IMG/VR virus record: IMGVR_UViG_3300035670_000101
Location: 29,395-93,394 of that record
Origin: a virus
Reading direction: 5' to 3' (one strand)
Length of the DNA stretch: 64,000 nt
How positions within the stretch are numbered: the stretch's first letter is position 1; every line of letters starts with the position of its first letter. Both the position numbers and the translations under genes were made by a program. Positions 54,920-64,000 of this stretch are shown here, one piece after another. The notes beneath the pieces are model-generated. The model was not told where the DNA came from. It worked only from the letters and a program-made list of their open reading frames with translations, and did not search any database.

Positions 54920-55444
54920 ATGGCTGTATTTCAAGAACAAGATGCTCTAATCATCCCTACAGATGTATTTGGTGCTGAACCTTCAACTGATGCTGGTTAT
55001 GCTCGTGAAGTTGTTGCTCTAACCCTAGCTTCAGGTGACACTGTAAATGTTGGTCGTCTGCTAGTAATTAATGATGTTGAGAAGACTGCACGTTTCGCTG
55101 TAGCTGCTGACGTATTTGATACTGTTGGTGGTACTGTTGTGACAACTACTCGTCTAGGTATCTTCTTAGGTCGTGATCTTAACACTAATGGTGCTGGTCA
55201 TCGTTCATACCTAGAAGCTTCATTCACTGAAGATGGTGCTACAGTTAACGTAGTTGTAATTGATCGTGGTTATGGTAGTGGTCAAGTTGCAGAAGGTTAC
55301 TTACACTTAGGTGAAGCTTCTGTTCCAGCATCATTCTTCCACAATCAAACTGCTGACGTACAAAAAGCACTTCGCACTAAGTTGAAACTAGAGAATGGTT
55401 TCAAGGTGCAACGTCAAGTAAAACCACTTTTAGCAATCGTATAA
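54920..55444 (+). CDS. head decoration protein
   Basis: Between protease and capsid; GYAREVV. Confidence 0.7.
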   Translation: MAVFQEQDALIIPTDVFGAEPSTDAGYAREVVALTLASGDTVNVGRLLVINDVEKTARFAVAADVFDTVGGTVVTTTRLGIFLGRDLNTNGAGHRSYLEASFTEDGATVNVVVIDRGYGSGQVAEGYLHLGEASVPASFFHNQTADVQKALRTKLKLENGFKVQRQVKPLLAIV

Positions 55445-55466
55445 TAACTTAAGGATATAACAACAA

Positions 55467-56567
55467 ATGGCAGTAGTTCAAAATATCGACTTTGATCCAT
55501 CTACACTCGTAACGATTGATGATTCGATCTTAAATTCAATCCCTAAGCGTTATGGTCGTATCGCTGAAAGTGGTCTTTTCACTGAAGAAGGTATCGTAAC
55601 TGATACTTACGGTTTCCGTTATAACGATGAAGATGTGTCAGTAATGACTGGTACTAAGTCTCGTCTAGGTCGTGAAGCTGATCGTGTTAACACTGGTAAA
55701 CAAAAACGCGCTTACTTGTCTGGTATCACCTTTAAACAAGAAGGTGCCATCATGTATGAAGACATCGCTAACCGTGTTCGTGATTGGGCTAGTTTAACTG
55801 TTGAAGCTCGTAACTATACAGTTGCGGATTTAATGGCTGAGAAACTTCCACCTATCCGTCAATCAATGGAACAGATGGAAGAGTATTCTCTTTTAACTTC
55901 ACTACAAGGTCGCACTCTTGACCCTTATGACAACTCTGTTGAAATCGACATGTTTGCGAATCTTGGTAAGACTCGTACAGCTTTAACTTTCGATCTTACA
56001 GATACAGCAGATGTTCTTGGTCAGATTACAGCTCTTGTTAATCAGTTGATGACCGCTCAAACTTACGGTTCTGGTTTCACTGGCGTTGAGGTTATGCTTG
56101 GTGAAGCAGCATTCTCTGCTCTAGTAGCTCACCCACAAATCGTAGCTATGTATGAAGCAGCGTACACTGGTACTGGTTCTGAGTATATCAACAACCCGTT
56201 CATCAATGGTCGTGTGAATGAGCTTAACCGTTCTGTATTTGGTTTTGTTCGCTCTATCACTATTCACGGTGTAACCTTCTCTACATACCCACAGAAGTTT
56301 ACTAAGTGGGATCGTACTGCAATCACTCCAATTGCTGACAACAAAGGTTTCACTGTTCTACGTGGTGTTGATGGTTTGTATCAAGCTAAGTATGTTCCAG
56401 CTCCATACCTAGACTACATCGGTACTCAAGGTCAAAAGCTTTACGCTTGGCAAACTCCTGTTAAAGATCGCACTCACTTCGAGTTCTATCTTGAGAAACA
56501 TGCAATCTACTTCATGTCTCAACCAGAGTTGTCTTTAGACATCACATTCACTCTACCTACTCCTTAA
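55467..56567 (+). CDS. major capsid protein (lambda E-like HK97 fold)
   Basis: Size, position, highly biased codons, GLFTEEG, EYSLLTSLQG. Confidence 0.9.
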   Translation: MAVVQNIDFDPSTLVTIDDSILNSIPKRYGRIAESGLFTEEGIVTDTYGFRYNDEDVSVMTGTKSRLGREADRVNTGKQKRAYLSGITFKQEGAIMYEDIANRVRDWASLTVEARNYTVADLMAEKLPPIRQSMEQMEEYSLLTSLQGRTLDPYDNSVEIDMFANLGKTRTALTFDLTDTADVLGQITALVNQLMTAQTYGSGFTGVEVMLGEAAFSALVAHPQIVAMYEAAYTGTGSEYINNPFINGRVNELNRSVFGFVRSITIHGVTFSTYPQKFTKWDRTAITPIADNKGFTVLRGVDGLYQAKYVPAPYLDYIGTQGQKLYAWQTPVKDRTHFEFYLEKHAIYFMSQPELSLDITFTLPTP

Positions 56568-56594
56568 TTGAAGTAGCACAGTGTAAGATAATAT

Positions 56595-56616
56595 GGGGAG
56601 TTTTCTCCCCTGTTAT
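56595..56616 (+). terminator. hairpin after capsid gene
   Basis: ggggag-tttt-ctcccc. Confidence 0.5.
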
Positions 56617-56674
56617 TCTAAAGGGATTACGTGTTTGATTCTTTTACAATAACACAAGAATATTAAGGAATATT

Positions 56675-57196
56675 ATGGACATCATTGTTACTGACCCAGA
56701 CAAGATTTGGGAGCTTAGACTTTACTTAGGTGATCTTGGTGATATTGAACAAGGTGAAGATCAATTCCTTAGCGATGAAGCTTACCAATACTTTATTACT
56801 AAATATACAAAACCTGATGGAACATATCATTTCAGATCAGCGTTAATGTCTGCTGGAATGTCTATTCTAGCTCAACTAGCTGGACAAGGCGCAAGACAAC
56901 GTGTTGGTCAAGAAGAAATCTATGGTAAAGAACTTGTAGACTCTTGGGTTAAGTTCTTACAGATGTTACAGAAAGGTAAATATCAGGGTGGTGGTAGTCC
57001 AACGATCTATGTTGGTGGTGTGCTTAGAGAAGCCACAACATTCTACGCACGTAATCCTGAGTTTATTGACAGTCCTTTCTATCGTGGACAGCAAGCTCGT
57101 ACACCATATTGGGATAGGAAGCGTTTAGAGTTTTGGGACACTGTTGTTGAACCAGAAGAACGTAGAACATTGTATCCGTATTCTTCTACACCATAA
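56675..57196 (+). CDS. head-tail adaptor
   Basis: LRLYLGD...LSDEAYQYFI; position. Confidence 0.7.
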   Translation: MDIIVTDPDKIWELRLYLGDLGDIEQGEDQFLSDEAYQYFITKYTKPDGTYHFRSALMSAGMSILAQLAGQGARQRVGQEEIYGKELVDSWVKFLQMLQKGKYQGGGSPTIYVGGVLREATTFYARNPEFIDSPFYRGQQARTPYWDRKRLEFWDTVVEPEERRTLYPYSSTP

Positions 57197-57208
57197 CGAG
57201 AATAATTT

Positions 57209-57766
57209 ATGGCAGTAAAGTGGAAAGACAATAAAACATATACAAAAGGTGATGGAATACAATTCTCCCTTGAGTACGACTTTACAGACCTTAAAGAGTT
57301 AAAGAAGAATCTTAATATTCTAAAGAATAGACATGTTAAGTGGGGTTGGCTGAAGAAGCAGAAGCATGAGAGTGGTTTCTATGTTGCTCAATTAGCATAT
57401 ATGCAAGAGTTTGGTACAAGTGGTGATCAGAAGATTCCAGCTCGACCTTACTTCAGGCAAGCCATAGAAGAAACAAAAAAGACTGCTCATAAACGGATTC
57501 AAATGTTGTTCTTCAAAGCTCTGCATGGACAAGACTTCTCAGACGAGTTAAATCAGATTGGTTATAACGCTAAACAAGATTTTCATAATAGTGTTATGAA
57601 ACAGAATATGAAGAAACTTTCTGAATTAACAGTTGATCTTAAAGGTCATGCTTTCCAGTGGGATGATACAGGACATATGCTTAACGCATTTGATTATGAA
57701 GTCTATAAGTCATCTTTAACTAAACAAGAAGAACAAGCTAAATCCATTGCAAAGAATAATAGGTGA
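57209..57766 (+). CDS. neck/tail-completion protein (HK97 gp10-like)
   Basis: QEFGT...IPARPYFR...DTGHM. Confidence 0.75.
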   Translation: MAVKWKDNKTYTKGDGIQFSLEYDFTDLKELKKNLNILKNRHVKWGWLKKQKHESGFYVAQLAYMQEFGTSGDQKIPARPYFRQAIEETKKTAHKRIQMLFFKALHGQDFSDELNQIGYNAKQDFHNSVMKQNMKKLSELTVDLKGHAFQWDDTGHMLNAFDYEVYKSSLTKQEEQAKSIAKNNR

Positions 57767-58236
57767 TTATGAAGATTCTAAGGGCAAAATTAGGAAAGAA
57801 AACCTACCCTGTTATTCGTGATGATGAATCAATTGGTAGCGGTGTTTACGAAGATGGTGAATGTATTCCTCCACAGAAGAAAACTGTTTACATTAAAGCA
57901 AACATTCAGCCAGCTTTTCAAGGTCATTACACTAAGTTAAAGGAACGTGGATTTACTGAGAAAGAAGCAATCTTCATTTCTAGTAATCAATATATCTTCA
58001 CATCTCGTAGTGGTAGTGAACATCCGTTGGAAGCTGACTTAATCCTATACAACGATTGCTACTGGAAAGTTGCTTACACAATGCCTTATCAGAACTTAGG
58101 TTATCATGTTGAAGCTGTAGCTGTTAAAGTTTTAGACAGTGAAAGAGAACGATTAACGGGGGATGTTTTTGGTAGGACTAATAAAATTGTTATTGACCCA
58201 GAAACACCTGTACCAGTTGACCCTGTTTCACCATAA
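57763..58236 (+). CDS. head closure protein
   Basis: Position; KANIQP. Confidence 0.65.
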   Translation: MIMKILRAKLGKKTYPVIRDDESIGSGVYEDGECIPPQKKTVYIKANIQPAFQGHYTKLKERGFTEKEAIFISSNQYIFTSRSGSEHPLEADLILYNDCYWKVAYTMPYQNLGYHVEAVAVKVLDSERERLTGDVFGRTNKIVIDPETPVPVDPVSP

Positions 58237-58253
58237 TAAAGGGAATATTAAGA

Positions 58254-58814
58254 ATGTCGATCACGACACCAATTGTCGCTGACAATGAAAAGAATATTAT
58301 AAGAGCGTTAGAAGAGATTATTCATGATTGTACATTCATCCTTGCTGGGAGAGCTGGTAGTCCTCCATTGAATCCTTACTGTATTGTCAGTATCTTAAAC
58401 AGAAACAAACAATCTGTCCAGAGAACAAATACAACAAAAGTAGATGTGAATGGAAATGGCTTTCAGACGGTTTTAGTTGATTACCTTGTTACTTACACAA
58501 TCACCTTTGAAGGTGAAGCTAAAAGTAAGAGCGAAGAATGGTGTGATTATTTAGCAATTGCTTTCGATAGTGATTTTGGTCAAGAAGTGTTAGATAAATA
58601 CGGTATGGGTTTTATGGATTATCAAGCAATCCCTCGTATAAACTTGAACATCAACGGTAATACTGCATTCGTTAATGACACAATCTCTTTAACAATTTTA
58701 ACAACAAGAATGGAAGACTTCTCCGTTGGACACATCAATCGTGTTCAAGCTACAGGGGATTTAGATATAGGAAATAACCCAGATATTGAGGTGGATGTAA
58801 ATGGCAACGGGTGA
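58254..58814 (+). CDS. tail terminator/neck protein
   Basis: Position before the sheath module. Confidence 0.6.
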   Translation: MSITTPIVADNEKNIIRALEEIIHDCTFILAGRAGSPPLNPYCIVSILNRNKQSVQRTNTTKVDVNGNGFQTVLVDYLVTYTITFEGEAKSKSEEWCDYLAIAFDSDFGQEVLDKYGMGFMDYQAIPRINLNINGNTAFVNDTISLTILTTRMEDFSVGHINRVQATGDLDIGNNPDIEVDVNGNG

Positions 58815-59865
58815 AATGAAAGTTGGTGATTTACCAACAATGTCAGATTTAGACTTCACAGCAAATGACTTTATATTCATTATTGATAGCGGAACAGAAG
58901 CTAAAAAGATTTCTAGATTAGATTTTACCACAGCTTTACAACCCTTATTTAAAGGTGAAAAGGGTGATGCTGGAGCTATTGGAGCAACAGGCGCTACAGG
59001 CCCTAAAGGTGACAAGGGTGACAAGGGTGATAAGGGTGACACAGGAGCTAGAGGTCTTACTGGAGCAACAGGTGCTCAAGGGGCTACTGGTTTTAATGGC
59101 TGGTCTCCTGTCTTAGCAATTGTTTCTGATAGTGATCGTAGAGTTGTTCGAGTTGATTCTTGGACTGGTGGAACTGGTACACCCCCTGCAAGTGGATTAT
59201 ATTTAAGTTCATCTGGTTTGGTGTCGGACATTGCATTAGCTACTGATATCCGTGGTATTCAAGGTTTACAAGGTATTCAGGGTGAGCAAGGGGTAGCTGG
59301 ACAAGATGGAGCAGATGGTAGAACAGTATCTTCTATCACTTTTAATCCAGATATGTCGGTAACAGTCACATATACCGATGCAACAACTGTAACATCTGAT
59401 ACACCCCCTAAACAAAATGGTTGGGCTAGTTATAAGGATGGTGTTTATACAAATGCTTCCCCTTTAGCTATTGCTGCCAATACTCAGGTTGTTTTACCTA
59501 ACAGTGCTGGTGTTAAGCTTGAAACAAACTTGCCTACAGCAGTCACTACATTCTATAACCCAACAACTCAGAAGTATTTATTACAAGACTCTGAAGGTTT
59601 TTATTCTGTGCGGGTTAGATTTGAAGTTCAAGCTGGTTCTCAGGCTGATTACATTAACGTGTCAATGAGTAAGGATACAACAGAAAACCCTTACAGCGAA
59701 GATCGGATGGTTAGAGGTGATAATCTAATTCACGATATGAACTTCAGTACAGTTATGTATGGTGATACACCACTAGCTACGAATGGATTAACAATCAGGG
59801 TTAAGACTTATGGTCGAGCAATGTCTATTTACAATATCGAAGTAACAGTGTCTAAACTAATCTAA
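58801..59865 (+). CDS. collagen-repeat fibre protein
   Basis: Two Gly-X-Y tracts (GDKGDKGDK; GIQGLQGIQGEQG). Confidence 0.8.
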   Translation: MATGEMKVGDLPTMSDLDFTANDFIFIIDSGTEAKKISRLDFTTALQPLFKGEKGDAGAIGATGATGPKGDKGDKGDKGDTGARGLTGATGAQGATGFNGWSPVLAIVSDSDRRVVRVDSWTGGTGTPPASGLYLSSSGLVSDIALATDIRGIQGLQGIQGEQGVAGQDGADGRTVSSITFNPDMSVTVTYTDATTVTSDTPPKQNGWASYKDGVYTNASPLAIAANTQVVLPNSAGVKLETNLPTAVTTFYNPTTQKYLLQDSEGFYSVRVRFEVQAGSQADYINVSMSKDTTENPYSEDRMVRGDNLIHDMNFSTVMYGDTPLATNGLTIRVKTYGRAMSIYNIEVTVSKLI

Positions 59866-59878
59866 TAATAACAGGAAG

Positions 59879-60904
59879 GTGTTAATGCAAAATCTAAGAA
59901 ACACAATCCCTGTTGTTGTTAATGTAAGTATCAATAAGCAGGAAGTTAATCGTTATGCTTTTTATACTCCTGCTTTTATATCTGAAAATGATGAAGTCGA
60001 AAGAACAGTAGAAGTTACATCATTAAAAGAAGTGATAGATAAAGGGTACACTAAAGACTCTAACGCATATGCATATTGTGCTATGGCGTTCTCTCAGAGA
60101 CAGAGAGTTGATTCTGTGGTGTTAGTAGCCAAGCGTAGTGTAGAAACGTATGTAGAGGCTTACACAGCTTCTCACAACACTCTTTATTACTACATTACAT
60201 TAGAAAGCAAAGACCTGTCAGACATTCTATCATTGTCGTCATTCTTATTAACAGAACGAGTTGATAAATTAATCTTCTTTACTAAGTATGAAGATGTTAC
60301 AGCACAAGTTAGAGGGATTCCAAACCTTGTATGGTGGTGGGATGCTCAATCTTGGTTATGGAGTAGTTGGGATGTTGTCCTTTGGGATAGTTATTTAGAA
60401 GTTACAGCGACATCATTAAAATACCCAGAAGCAGCTTGGATTAGCTACTGTGCTAACGTGTTCCCATCTCAGATGCAGTGGTTAGGTAAGTCTTTAACAG
60501 GTGTTGACCCAATAGGTACTCCAACAATCCCTTCTTCATCATCTTTCATGAATAGTGTTGATGGGTTAGACTTCTACACATGGGGTAGTGGAAAGACTTG
60601 TGATGGAGAGTGGATTGACCACAAAGTTAATGATGATTGGATTAAGTGGGCTATAAGAAGAAACGTTTGGAAACTATTAAAAGACTCACCTAAGATTTCA
60701 GCTACTAATAATGGTGTTGATCAAATCGAGATGAAGATTAAAGAAGTATTAGAGTTTAACCTTAGACAGAATGGAATCATCTCATACAAAGTTTACAATC
60801 CACAATTAAACAGACAACAAAGGAAAGCTTCATTTGAATTTTCCTATGAAAGAGAACACGCCATTGTTGGTGTTGTTACAGTAAATGGGACTTTATATCC
60901 TTAA
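59879..60904 (+). CDS. divergent tail-sheath paralog
   Basis: PEAAW, GEWID...DW, KISAT.NG...IE..IKEVL align with the next gene. Confidence 0.7.
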   Translation: MLMQNLRNTIPVVVNVSINKQEVNRYAFYTPAFISENDEVERTVEVTSLKEVIDKGYTKDSNAYAYCAMAFSQRQRVDSVVLVAKRSVETYVEAYTASHNTLYYYITLESKDLSDILSLSSFLLTERVDKLIFFTKYEDVTAQVRGIPNLVWWWDAQSWLWSSWDVVLWDSYLEVTATSLKYPEAAWISYCANVFPSQMQWLGKSLTGVDPIGTPTIPSSSSFMNSVDGLDFYTWGSGKTCDGEWIDHKVNDDWIKWAIRRNVWKLLKDSPKISATNNGVDQIEMKIKEVLEFNLRQNGIISYKVYNPQLNRQQRKASFEFSYEREHAIVGVVTVNGTLYP

Positions 60905-60954
60905 ACAAAAAGTTAATTAATTAACAAAAACACACCACAAACAAAGGAAACAAA

Positions 60955-62013
60955 ATGGCAACGATTGATAATGTTGTTAAGGTTGAGGTTGTTCGTCAAA
61001 GTAATAATGTTACTGTCCGCGACTTAGAAACAATCCTAGTTTTAACAAAACACTCTCGATTCACAGCAGATGAAGACTATCGAATCTATGAATCAACCAC
61101 AGATATGTTAGAAGATGGTTTTGTAACATCTGATGCAGCTTATGTTGCAGCACAACGTATCTTCGCTCAAGACCCTCGACCTAGTAAGGTTGTTGTCGGT
61201 GTTGTTAAGACTGTAGATTTAGTCACTGAAACGTATGTAGAAGCTCTTATTCGTCAACAAGGGACTTACAACAAGTTCTTGTATGTAATTACTGATGCAG
61301 CTACAGATGCCGATAAAGAAGCCATTGCTGACTATGTAGAAACACAATCTCGTATGTTCTATGTATTTAGTGATAGTAACGTTCTAACTTACACAGTTGA
61401 TGCGACAGACATTTTCAGTAAGTTAAAAGCTAAAGGTTATGATCGCTCATTTGGTATTTACACTAAAGATGGTGTAGGCAATGCAATGATTGAAGCAGCT
61501 TGGGTTGGTCGATTCTCTGCTGAACCTATTGGTAGTGCTATCTGGATTTACAAAGAACTTGATGGGATTATTGCTGATGGATATACAGCAACAGAAGAAG
61601 CTTACTTGCAATCTAAGAATGCTAACTACTACACAACCGTAGAAGATGAAAGCGTTGTCTTTGGTGAGAATAAAGTAGTCGGTGGTGAATACATTGACGT
61701 ACTTCTTGGAGCAACGTGGGTTGAAGTTCGTATGGGTGAACGTATCTGGGGCTTAATCAAAGCTCAGAACAAAATCAACTACACCAACGCTGGTATCTCT
61801 ATGGTTGAAATCAAGATGCGTGAAGTGTTAGATGAAGCTGTAGCAATGAACATCCTAACTGCTGATGACCCTATCCGTGTAGTAGTTCCTAACGCCAACA
61901 ACATTCCATCATCTACTCGTAATACTCGCATCCTTTCAGGTATCACTTTTGAAGCTCGCCTTGCTGGTGCTATTCAGAAAGTTGATGGTATTCGCGGTAC
62001 AGTTTACGCTTAA
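60955..62013 (+). CDS. tail sheath protein (DUF3383-type)
   Basis: IFAQDPRP, EAAW, GEYID, KINYTNAG, ARLAGAI. Confidence 0.88.
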   Translation: MATIDNVVKVEVVRQSNNVTVRDLETILVLTKHSRFTADEDYRIYESTTDMLEDGFVTSDAAYVAAQRIFAQDPRPSKVVVGVVKTVDLVTETYVEALIRQQGTYNKFLYVITDAATDADKEAIADYVETQSRMFYVFSDSNVLTYTVDATDIFSKLKAKGYDRSFGIYTKDGVGNAMIEAAWVGRFSAEPIGSAIWIYKELDGIIADGYTATEEAYLQSKNANYYTTVEDESVVFGENKVVGGEYIDVLLGATWVEVRMGERIWGLIKAQNKINYTNAGISMVEIKMREVLDEAVAMNILTADDPIRVVVPNANNIPSSTRNTRILSGITFEARLAGAIQKVDGIRGTVYA

Positions 62014-62027
62014 TAGGAGAATTATAA

Positions 62028-62561
62028 ATGGCAAATGGTCGTCAGGCTGGTAGCTTAGTACCTTCTCAGGTATTAGCTGTTATCAGTCATACAGCAACAG
62101 GTGTTACTCACGTTGTCGAAGGATATGCTGATGATACAGCAATTGATATCGAACGTGGTGAAGCAGCTTGGACACACTCAGTAGGTACAGATGGTTTTGT
62201 ATCGTATGTTCATAACATTGATGAAACAGCTATGGTTACTTTACACCTAGCACAAACTTCATCTTCTAACGATGTGTTATCTCGCATCTATGAGTACGAT
62301 AAACAAAACCTACGTGGTCAAGGTTTATTCGCTATCTCTATTATTGATAAGAGTGGTCGTACAGCTCTATTTAGTACACAAGCTCGTGTAACTATGCTTC
62401 CAAACCAATCATTCGGTGGAACATTAGCTACTAACGATTGGCAAGTAATTATGCCTTACTCAGATTGGCATGTTGGTGGCAACACTCGTGCTGGTGCTGA
62501 TGTACAACAAGTGTTGGAACAATTAGGTTATGTTCTAGATGAAGATTGGTTGATCAACTAA
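62028..62561 (+). CDS. tail tube protein
   Basis: VGTDG...LAQTSSSNDVLS...IIDKSG. Confidence 0.8.
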   Translation: MANGRQAGSLVPSQVLAVISHTATGVTHVVEGYADDTAIDIERGEAAWTHSVGTDGFVSYVHNIDETAMVTLHLAQTSSSNDVLSRIYEYDKQNLRGQGLFAISIIDKSGRTALFSTQARVTMLPNQSFGGTLATNDWQVIMPYSDWHVGGNTRAGADVQQVLEQLGYVLDEDWLIN

Positions 62562-62596
62562 AGTTGACCATTAACTAAAATAAAATAGGAAATACA

Positions 62597-63175
62597 ATGA
62601 CACGAGAAGTTGCAAGTTATGCTCCAAGCCTAGTTGAAGTTTCCTTGTTTGGTGTTCAAATGGAAGGCTTCTCATCTGAGAGTGTTGTAAGAATCACCAA
62701 AGAGGAAGTTACAACAACTCTTGAGATTGCACAAGACGGAAGTGCTAAAGCTGCTGTGAATAAACACACTCCATATCGTGTCACTGTATCCCTTCAAAGC
62801 ACATCATCAGCTAACTCTTGGTTGCACTTGATTTATAAGTTGTATGAGAGAGCTGGTGTTGAGTTTAAGATGCCGTTGAGTATTAAAGATAAGAGTGGTG
62901 ACACTAACTTCTTCTGTACCGATGTGTTCTTTGAAACAGTACCAGATAAAGAGTTTAATAGCACAATCTCTGTGAGTGAATGGTCATTCCTTTGTGTAGC
63001 ACCAAGTTACACTTATGGTGGTAATGTAGAACCTGATCAAATCATCGAAACATTACAACTGCTTGCTGGAGCTTTAGAGGTTGCAAATATGTTTGGTATT
63101 AACCTCAGTGGGTTTACCGATCAACTTACCTCGTTTCAGCAAGGTGCTGTATCTAAACTTAAGGGGATGTTCTAA
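62597..63175 (+). CDS. tail tube-like paralog
   Basis: SYAPS...AQDG...LQSTSSANSWL...IKDKSG. Confidence 0.7.
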   Translation: MTREVASYAPSLVEVSLFGVQMEGFSSESVVRITKEEVTTTLEIAQDGSAKAAVNKHTPYRVTVSLQSTSSANSWLHLIYKLYERAGVEFKMPLSIKDKSGDTNFFCTDVFFETVPDKEFNSTISVSEWSFLCVAPSYTYGGNVEPDQIIETLQLLAGALEVANMFGINLSGFTDQLTSFQQGAVSKLKGMF

Positions 63176-63759
63176 TGCTTGGACTTATTGGAGAAGCTAA
63201 AGATTTCCTTAAGGGTGTTGTAACAAAGAAAACTAAAACTTACGACCCATCTAAAAACAAGGTAATTGTTGCCGAGGGGTTGGAGTTGGATGGGATACTT
63301 TCAGCAGAGTTATCGGAAGATACTAAGACATCAACCGTAAAGGGTGTTGACGCTCAATATTACGCGATTGTAGAGGACTTTAGTGAGATTACCCTGTCAG
63401 TTACCTTATTAACAACATCACGCTGCTACAGCGCTCTACAGACGCTAGACGTAATGTTAAAGCAAGAGAAAGCTGTATTGCCTATTGTGGTGATTGAGAA
63501 TGGTGAGGTGATTGATTCTTTTGTTGGCAGCATCCTTTCATTAGGTGGAAGAACCTTAGATAAAGAAGGAAGTGCTAAGACAGTTGTTTTCTCAGTTAAG
63601 ACAAGACGAGCAATCACTGGAAATGAAACAGCTAAAATAACAACAGAAACCGCACCAACAGGGTATACAGGAAACGCTACAAGTTTTCCTTATGATCAAG
63701 GTGCTGACGGCATTGTGAGAAGACCTCTCCTGAATGTTAATCAGATTGGTAACGAATAA
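63175..63759 (+). CDS. tail tube-like paralog (divergent)
   Basis: TYDPSK...GVD...VTLLTTS. Confidence 0.55.
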   Translation: MLGLIGEAKDFLKGVVTKKTKTYDPSKNKVIVAEGLELDGILSAELSEDTKTSTVKGVDAQYYAIVEDFSEITLSVTLLTTSRCYSALQTLDVMLKQEKAVLPIVVIENGEVIDSFVGSILSLGGRTLDKEGSAKTVVFSVKTRRAITGNETAKITTETAPTGYTGNATSFPYDQGADGIVRRPLLNVNQIGNE

Positions 63760-63814
63760 ATTTAAATAAATATTGGAGTTTTACAATTCGTTGAACTCAT
63801 AGTTGGAGAATAAA

Positions 63815-64000
63815 ATGTCAGATAATTATAAAATTGTAGAAATTAAAGATACGAAATATGTCCTAGAACCTTTTCTTGGTAAGAAAGGATTTAAGATTAA
63901 ACAAAAAGTTGTGCGTCTCTTAGCACCTGTACTTAAAGAAGTAGGTACACTAAAAGAAGAAAATACAATTCTAGAATATTTAGCTGTAGCTGTACAATCA
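63815..64000 (+). CDS. putative tail assembly chaperone (3'-truncated)
   Basis: GGAG RBS; open to window end; position after tube genes. Confidence 0.55.
   Translation, partial: MSDNYKIVEIKDTKYVLEPFLGKKGFKIKQKVVRLLAPVLKEVGTLKEENTILEYLAVAVQS

Noticed and set aside
1-64000. Many antisense or alternate-frame ORFs in the track (e.g. 1911-2105, 14032-14499, 35397-35744, 44240-44563, 49254-49583, 58761-59042)
   Set aside because: They shadow well-supported genes and lack RBSs and motifs; only the o-spanin overlap is supported
1-64000. Genome-wide stop-codon reassignment
   Set aside because: TAA, TAG and TGA all end clearly complete genes; only two internal TAAs were found
1-64000. CRISPR array, integrase, IS element, retron or other reverse transcriptase
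   Set aside because: No regularly spaced repeats and no recombinase, transposase or RT motifs seen

Overview
64 kb slice of an AT-rich lytic myovirus genome. The host is probably Acinetobacter, inferred only from recognisable small accessory-protein families. Layout: (1) 1-17.5 kb, + strand: DNA and nucleotide metabolism (5'-3' exonuclease, RNase H-like exonuclease, NTP-pyrophosphohydrolase, nrdA/nrdB/glutaredoxin, thyX) plus small ORFs. (2) 17.5-24.6 kb, - strand: accessory genes, an HTH protein and a UvrD-type helicase. (3) A 1 kb structured non-coding element. (4) A compositionally distinct early-gene island at about 26.8-30.3 kb that encodes a T7 Ocr-like DNA mimic and is a candidate long terminal repeat. 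(5) 30.3-45.1 kb, - strand: accessory genes (spanins, ClpP-like, PhoH, GroES-like, Dam) ending in an SF2-like helicase beside a second, paralogous structured element. (6) GIY-YIG gene, tRNA-Thr and tRNA-like/structured RNAs, thioredoxin, SleB-like hydrolase. (7) 50.1-64 kb: terminase, head, neck and contractile-tail module with two sheath and three tube paralogs. Most notable observations: the twin helicase-linked hairpin elements with co-varying tandem-GA hairpins (candidate dual replication origins), the Ocr homolog in a myovirus, a tRNA-like ncRNA with an expanded anticodon arm, and two genes (one is the i-spanin) interrupted by a single in-frame TAA. All calls come from motif recognition by eye; no searches were run.
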